Source: a virus
Lineage: Duplodnaviria > Heunggongvirae > Uroviricota > Caudoviricetes
Strand: one strand, 5' to 3'
DNA length: 64,000 bases
IMG/VR virus record: IMGVR_UViG_3300021400_000141
Coordinates: 257,354 to 321,353 of that record
Each line of letters begins with the position of its first letter. Position 1 is the stretch's first letter. Under the pieces are notes generated by a model. That model saw only the letters and a list, made by a program, of their open reading frames with translations. It ran no database searches and was not told the DNA's origin. Shown one piece after another: positions 59,057 to 64,000 of the stretch. The position numbers and the translations under genes are program-made.

Positions 59057-59914
59057 TTATCGGTTGACCGATTCCATTATGTTGCACAGCGACTCGAACT
59101 GTTTCTTTGGCAAGTCCTTGTACTTGTAGAGAAGCTTGGCACAACGGTTCTTGTATTCGTCCGTGTATTTTGCCATGCCCTTCATCTTATCGACTGTGTC
59201 ACGGAACTTCTTCATGGCTTCGTCGGCATTCTCGTCCCAGTCGTCGCAGATGAACTTAGTGTTGACTGGAATATCAAGCTCGTCATAGCCCACCATATTG
59301 TTATTCACGGCCTTTATCTTTTCAACCTTCACCTTGGTTACTGGCTGTATGTCCTTGACCTTCAGGAATTCTGGGGTGTTCTTTATTTTCGGAAACTTTT
59401 TATCGTCGGTAGTGGGGTCAGCGACTGCGTTGATGATGTTTCTTGTTTGTCTAGGCTTTGCTATCTTTGAAACATTGTTGTTAAACATTTTCTTGACTTG
59501 ATTTGCCTTATTGTCCCACGAATCTTCGTCTGACTCTCCATTGCGGATTTTAGTGATTTCTTCTTTGACGGTTTCTTTTAGAGACTCGGGCATATCGACT
59601 TCGGTGACAACGCCGTTCTTCTTCATTACCTCAGCTGCACCAGACACCTTCGGTTTAAGGGCGGTATCCTTGCTGGGTTTCACTTCATTGAAATCCTTCT
59701 TTTCTTCGGTTTCAACGAACGATGCGCTGGCTGGATTGTCGTCATCCCCACCAGTAAACTTCTTTGCTTCTGCTGTCGCTTTCAGTTCGACAGGCCTCAT
59801 GAGGCTCGTGTAACTGCCGCAAGGGTCGTCTTCAGGAAGGTCTGCGACCAAGTCAAACAAATTCTTGTAATTTTCAATGAATTCCATAATATACCGAGTG
59901 GCTATATTTACCAA
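59057..59914 (-). CDS. Hypothetical protein
   Basis: 285-aa ORF; TATAAACTA on the minus strand at 59915. Confidence 0.6.
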   Translation of the reverse strand: MVNIATRYIMEFIENYKNLFDLVADLPEDDPCGSYTSLMRPVELKATAEAKKFTGGDDDNPASASFVETEEKKDFNEVKPSKDTALKPKVSGAAEVMKKNGVVTEVDMPESLKETVKEEITKIRNGESDEDSWDNKANQVKKMFNNNVSKIAKPRQTRNIINAVADPTTDDKKFPKIKNTPEFLKVKDIQPVTKVKVEKIKAVNNNMVGYDELDIPVNTKFICDDWDENADEAMKKFRDTVDKMKGMAKYTDEYKNRCAKLLYKYKDLPKKQFESLCNIMESVNR

Positions 59915-59995
59915 TAGTTTATAACCTTTTTTCGCTTAGGATTAAAGATTGAAGTATATAAACTATATGCAGAATGACAATTGTAGGATACAATA

Positions 59996-60646
59996 ATGTC
60001 CAATGTAGAAACCTTTAAATACTACGCTTCTCAGCTGAATTTGACCAAACCCCAGCTGGAAGCAGTCACGGATTGCTTCAAGGCCTGCTTTGAAGCCGAT
60101 GGAACCAACGATACTGGTTTGTACGCTAATGAGCAGCAAGGTAATGTGAACGTTGGTAAAAAACCCACCAAGTTCGACGATAGCGCTACACCTTGGCCTG
60201 AGGAAACGAAGAATATCTTCGAACTTCCTTCTTACATGAATAACCGCAAGAGACTTGGTACTGGTACTAAGCTGGATGCCAGGACTCAGGCCAACCTGAA
60301 CAAGATGGCGGCTAATGCTCGTGACGGAATGTACCAGAACAACGTCTATCAGGTCGAAAAGATACAGAAAGAAGATAAGGCCCTTGAACAGCAGCGTCAG
60401 CGTGTTATGAAGCAACAGAAAGAGTTGAACCAAGCATTGGGTATTAACCTTGCTGTTGACGGCATCATGGGCCCTCAAACACAGGCTGCAATGAAAAAGT
60501 ATGAGGCTATGAAGGCTGCTAAGCAACAGCAACAAGCTCAACCTGCACCACAGGAACAACAAACTGCTAACAAGCCAGCTACACCTCCCAACGTTGACTG
60601 GAACAAGTATCATTCTGGACAAGCAGCGGGTCACAACGTAAAGTAA
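59996..60646 (+). CDS. Protein with the shared leader and a peptidoglycan-binding-like motif
   Basis: QLEAVTDCFKACFEA leader; LAVDGIMGPQTQAAMKKY resembles PG_binding_1. Confidence 0.65.
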   Translation: MSNVETFKYYASQLNLTKPQLEAVTDCFKACFEADGTNDTGLYANEQQGNVNVGKKPTKFDDSATPWPEETKNIFELPSYMNNRKRLGTGTKLDARTQANLNKMAANARDGMYQNNVYQVEKIQKEDKALEQQRQRVMKQQKELNQALGINLAVDGIMGPQTQAAMKKYEAMKAAKQQQQAQPAPQEQQTANKPATPPNVDWNKYHSGQAAGHNVK

Positions 60647-60713
60647 TACGCAGCGATTGACATTTATAAAAGCCCCTCCAACAGGAGGGGCTTCTTCATT
60701 GATTTAACTTCAA

Positions 60714-61457
60714 TTACTTCACTTCGACGTAGCTTCGTACCTGATAAGTGCATTTCGATACGTCTGTCGTGGTCGGCTTGTTTCGGTGTAAGATGTACTC
60801 GGACATCAGAATACCGTCATAGAAGAACGATGTGTTAGCCTTGCGTGTGCTGTACCCGAATACCATCCCGATTACCTTTCCGTGACTAGAGAGGGCTGCT
60901 CCTCCGAAACCACCAGGCAACTTCACATTGATGGCGTTTGCCACATAATCAGGGTATGTAGAGTCTGCAACGACTTTTGCGGGCAAGGACTTCACCTGTA
61001 CCTTTTTACTGTCCTCAGGGAAGCCAGTGACGGTTACAGGTTCACCGACTTTGATTACTCTCTCTTCGATTTTACATGCGTTTAGTGGAACATCGTTGTC
61101 AACTTGGAGGATAGCCATGTTGAGGTATTCGTTTTTCTCTTTGTTGAACAGAGTGTCGGCAGAGCGTTCTACTCTGGCTACAACAGGTGTGTTATTGACC
61201 ATGACCACGATTGCGGCCAGTTTCTTTGCGTGGCGAGCAACGTCACCTGTTGTAAGGATGTAGTGCTCGTGGAATGCGATACCCGTGCCATAAACCTTGC
61301 TGACGTTCATATTTACGGTATCGGCCTTTCCAGAGTCGGCTTCTGTCATGTATGTGGGTACAAACTCGGCGAACACGGAGGTTGCCAAGATGCAGATTAT
61401 GAGGATGATTGTGTGTTTCATGATGAACTCCTTTGTGTTTACGTTTTTAATATACAT
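60714..61457 (-). CDS. Secreted trypsin-like protein, catalytic triad degenerate
   Basis: Signal peptide; GTGI, TTGDVA, NMAIL and GFGGAA replace the His/Asp/Ser motifs. Confidence 0.7.
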   Translation of the reverse strand: MYIKNVNTKEFIMKHTIILIICILATSVFAEFVPTYMTEADSGKADTVNMNVSKVYGTGIAFHEHYILTTGDVARHAKKLAAIVVMVNNTPVVARVERSADTLFNKEKNEYLNMAILQVDNDVPLNACKIEERVIKVGEPVTVTGFPEDSKKVQVKSLPAKVVADSTYPDYVANAINVKLPGGFGGAALSSHGKVIGMVFGYSTRKANTSFFYDGILMSEYILHRNKPTTTDVSKCTYQVRSYVEVK

Positions 61458-61477
61458 AATTAAATGCCAGTTGTCAA
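61449..61477 (-). promoter_or_regulatory. Sigma70-type promoter (minus strand)
   Basis: TTGACA-N17-TATATT on the reverse complement. Confidence 0.65.
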
Positions 61478-61543
61478 GAGTTTTTTTGAAAAAAAGTGAA
61501 AAAATGTAATTTAATAGTAGTTTTTAGGTCTAATTGGATTAAA

Positions 61544-62599
61544 ATGGCTACATTAAGCGTTTGTATTATTGCAAAAAACGAATCTGAGGTATTAGGAAGA
61601 TGCCTTGATTGTGTAAAATCGTTTGCTGACGAGATTGTTGTCGTGGATACTGGGTCTACGGATAACACGAAGGAGATAGCGGCTAGGTACACGGACAAGG
61701 TGTTTGACTTTGAATGGATAGACGATTTTGCGGCTGCGAGGAATTTCAGTTTCAGCAAGGCGACCAAGGATTATGTCATGTGGTTGGATTGCGATGATAT
61801 CATAGATGAGGCAAACCAGAGGGCAATCAATGAGTTTAAGTTATCACTTTCAAACTACGGGTGCGACGCATTTCTTGCTCATTACTGCTACGCACCGTCC
61901 CGTTCGATTACAGTCACCCGTATCGTGAAACGTGGCTCATGTCAGTGGGAAGGTTTCGTTCATGAGTACCTTGCGACTAAATCAAACCGTAAGTTGTTGG
62001 ATTTCACTATTACCCACAATAAACCTGCATCTAGTCTCGAACGTGATAGTGGAAGAAATCTCCAAATATTCAAGAAGAAGTTGAAGGAAAAGGTAGAGTT
62101 TACAACAAGGGATATTCTTTATTTTGCGAAGGAGTTGTACTGGAATAATGATTACAAGAAATCCCTTCTCTGGTTGGACAAGTATTTCAAACGGACGGAT
62201 ACTTGGGTTGAGGATTGCATAGAGGCGACTAAAATCAAGGCGGATATCCTTGGAAAAAATGGTCGGGGCGATGAAATGATTGAAGTCCTTGCACAAGGTA
62301 TCGTCAAGTATGGTATGAACAAAACTCTTTTATACGACTGCGGTTTAGCCCTTTACAACGCAAAGAAATATCGAGAGGCGGCTATGTATTTCCTTGCGAT
62401 AGTGAACGGGTTGGGTGTCGATAGTATGTATTTCACCGATGTTCAGGATTATACTTACTTGAGCCTTGTGTGGCTAAGTTGCTGTTACTGGTATAATGGC
62501 GAAAAATTGACTGGCAAGCGTTTCCACGAGATTGCCAAGGCGATGCGGCCAGATTCCCCAACTATAATCAATAACGAAAAGTTCTTTGGAAAAGTCTAG
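61544..62599 (+). CDS. Family 2 glycosyltransferase with TPR-like C-terminus
   Basis: LSVCIIAKNE, DEIVVVDTGSTD, DFAAARN, WLDCDD, GFVHE. Confidence 0.88.
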   Translation: MATLSVCIIAKNESEVLGRCLDCVKSFADEIVVVDTGSTDNTKEIAARYTDKVFDFEWIDDFAAARNFSFSKATKDYVMWLDCDDIIDEANQRAINEFKLSLSNYGCDAFLAHYCYAPSRSITVTRIVKRGSCQWEGFVHEYLATKSNRKLLDFTITHNKPASSLERDSGRNLQIFKKKLKEKVEFTTRDILYFAKELYWNNDYKKSLLWLDKYFKRTDTWVEDCIEATKIKADILGKNGRGDEMIEVLAQGIVKYGMNKTLLYDCGLALYNAKKYREAAMYFLAIVNGLGVDSMYFTDVQDYTYLSLVWLSCCYWYNGEKLTGKRFHEIAKAMRPDSPTIINNEKFFGKV

Positions 62600-62961
62600 C
62601 CTTGGAGGAGTTTAAGTTCCTCTTCGGTATAGCTCAACCATGTAGGTCTCCAGTGTTCAAGGAGGCCTTCTTCTTTTAGCGTTTTTAGAAGGGAGGACAT
62701 TGGTATCAACTTATGCACAGGGGTAAGAACGTACTTGTTTTCCGTGCTTGAATCCAGTGAACAAGTATTGTCTTCGTTGAAGGTTAAAGTGTAATAACAT
62801 TCATTTTTCGGGCCGACATATTTAAGGGTTTTCATGTCGGACATGCGCCAATGCTCTTCGTTATCTACCGTCGGGCCTGTCAAATATTTCCACCAATATA
62901 AAGGGTTAGCAATCATTTTTGCCTCTTGTAATTGCATAATTTTATTAGAAATTTCAAACAA
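62596..62961 (-). CDS. Hypothetical protein
   Basis: ORF in a minus-strand run. Confidence 0.55.
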   Translation of the reverse strand: MFEISNKIMQLQEAKMIANPLYWWKYLTGPTVDNEEHWRMSDMKTLKYVGPKNECYYTLTFNEDNTCSLDSSTENKYVLTPVHKLIPMSSLLKTLKEEGLLEHWRPTWLSYTEEELKLLQG

Positions 62962-63349
62962 ACTTGATGAGGAAGTGCTGCCACAACCTGATAAGCCGTA
63001 TCCATATTCTTTTCAGGAGATTGCGCCTTGGCCAGCCAAGTAAGCACTCGGCAATCGCCCAACGCAGCAGTATGTTTACGTCGATGCTTGTTTTCAATTC
63101 TTTAAGCGGTACGCTCACAACTACTGTATTGGAATACGATGCTAAATGAATTGACTTGAACGGATATCCGATGATGTTTACATTGCTGAACGCAATGGAA
63201 ATCATTTTATCGTCCGAAGGGGATATGGTTACACTTCGCTTGGATGATTTGTCATCTATGATACAATAGCGCCTTCCTGAGTTACTTATGGTAACCCTTG
63301 AAAGCAGCCTGCTCTTTTTCATGATATTGCAAAATTTTTCGTAAGTCAT
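62954..63349 (-). CDS. Hypothetical protein
   Basis: ORF overlapping its neighbour. Confidence 0.55.
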   Translation of the reverse strand: MTYEKFCNIMKKSRLLSRVTISNSGRRYCIIDDKSSKRSVTISPSDDKMISIAFSNVNIIGYPFKSIHLASYSNTVVVSVPLKELKTSIDVNILLRWAIAECLLGWPRRNLLKRIWIRLIRLWQHFLIKFV

Positions 63350-63394
63350 TTCATAGCCCTACCATCATTCTACAGTTTATCATGATTACGAAGT

Positions 63395-63991
63395 TCATTT
63401 TTTCCTCTTGGCCTTTTTCTTTGCCTTCTTCGCTTTCGCCTCTTGTATCTTCTTTTTCATGGCTTTTCGGTCAAATGGTATCTTTTCGTACGGGTCGAGC
63501 AGGAGAGCTCGCCGCATGTACTTGCTTTCCTTCACAATTTCTGGGAGCAACTTTTTGTTGTACACACATACACATTCACCCTCTGCGGTTTCCATGAACC
63601 CGACAAGGGCGTTGTCGCATCCAGGGATATATGTGATGAGTGCGCCTTCCATTTCCTTGAATTCTTCTTCGGGGTTGTCAGGGAACTTGACAGGCGTGAT
63701 GTGCTTCGGGGTTTTCGGGCCCATGTAGCAGCAGAACGTGTTGTAGTCCAGAGCTTCCATAGCGTCTTCGTACGACATGTCGCAGTCTTCGGCGCATTGG
63801 GCAATCATTTCGTCGGCATTGTATGCGAGAATACCGTCCCCGAGGATACCCAGGAACGCCTTGTAGTAGGTGCAATTAGGGAAGCCACCTTCATCCCAAT
63901 AGCCGAACTCGGCATTCTTTCCGAGACGGTTCTTGCAGAAACGGAGCATTTCGCTTAGCGACTTAGGACGCTCTCGCTTTGGAAAATCCAT
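63395..63991 (-). CDS. Hypothetical phage protein
   Basis: 198-aa ORF at the window end. Confidence 0.6.
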   Translation of the reverse strand: MDFPKRERPKSLSEMLRFCKNRLGKNAEFGYWDEGGFPNCTYYKAFLGILGDGILAYNADEMIAQCAEDCDMSYEDAMEALDYNTFCCYMGPKTPKHITPVKFPDNPEEEFKEMEGALITYIPGCDNALVGFMETAEGECVCVYNKKLLPEIVKESKYMRRALLLDPYEKIPFDRKAMKKKIQEAKAKKAKKKAKRKK

Positions 63992-64000
63992 TTCGTCGAA

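Overview
This window is best read as a 64-kb segment of a large dsDNA bacteriophage genome (jumbo-type, distantly T4-like) in the standard genetic code. It encodes virion and morphogenesis genes (gp21-like prohead protease, probable scaffold, gp14-like neck protein, collagen-like fibre, large putative tail proteins) and host-like functions (sigma70-family factor, two Hsp20s, IF-3, AAA ATPase, amidase, SprT, metallophosphoesterase, dUTPase, GT2-TPR). An NAD-dependent DNA ligase is split into two genes by a secreted trypsin-like protease gene. A roughly 10-kb RNA region (42.5-52.8 kb) holds 35 hand-identified tRNA genes: 34 with assignable anticodons covering all 20 amino acids and one atypical, none encoding CCA. 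The strongest candidate for an undescribed system lies in this region. A conserved structured RNA module occurs as two free-standing copies and, circularly permuted, inside the anticodon arm of four tRNA genes, plus one more derived tRNA-like element. All copies lie upstream of a Ro60/TROVE gene. Removing the insert from two of the tRNAs restores perfect anticodon arms (Asn and Cys). Other notable patterns are a shared ~33-aa N-terminal leader on six unrelated proteins, a 15-copy TATAAACTA late-promoter-like motif, and a boxB/boxA-like leader after both tRNA-operon promoters. All calls come from manual reading with no database searches, and RNA coordinates may be off by 1-2 nt.
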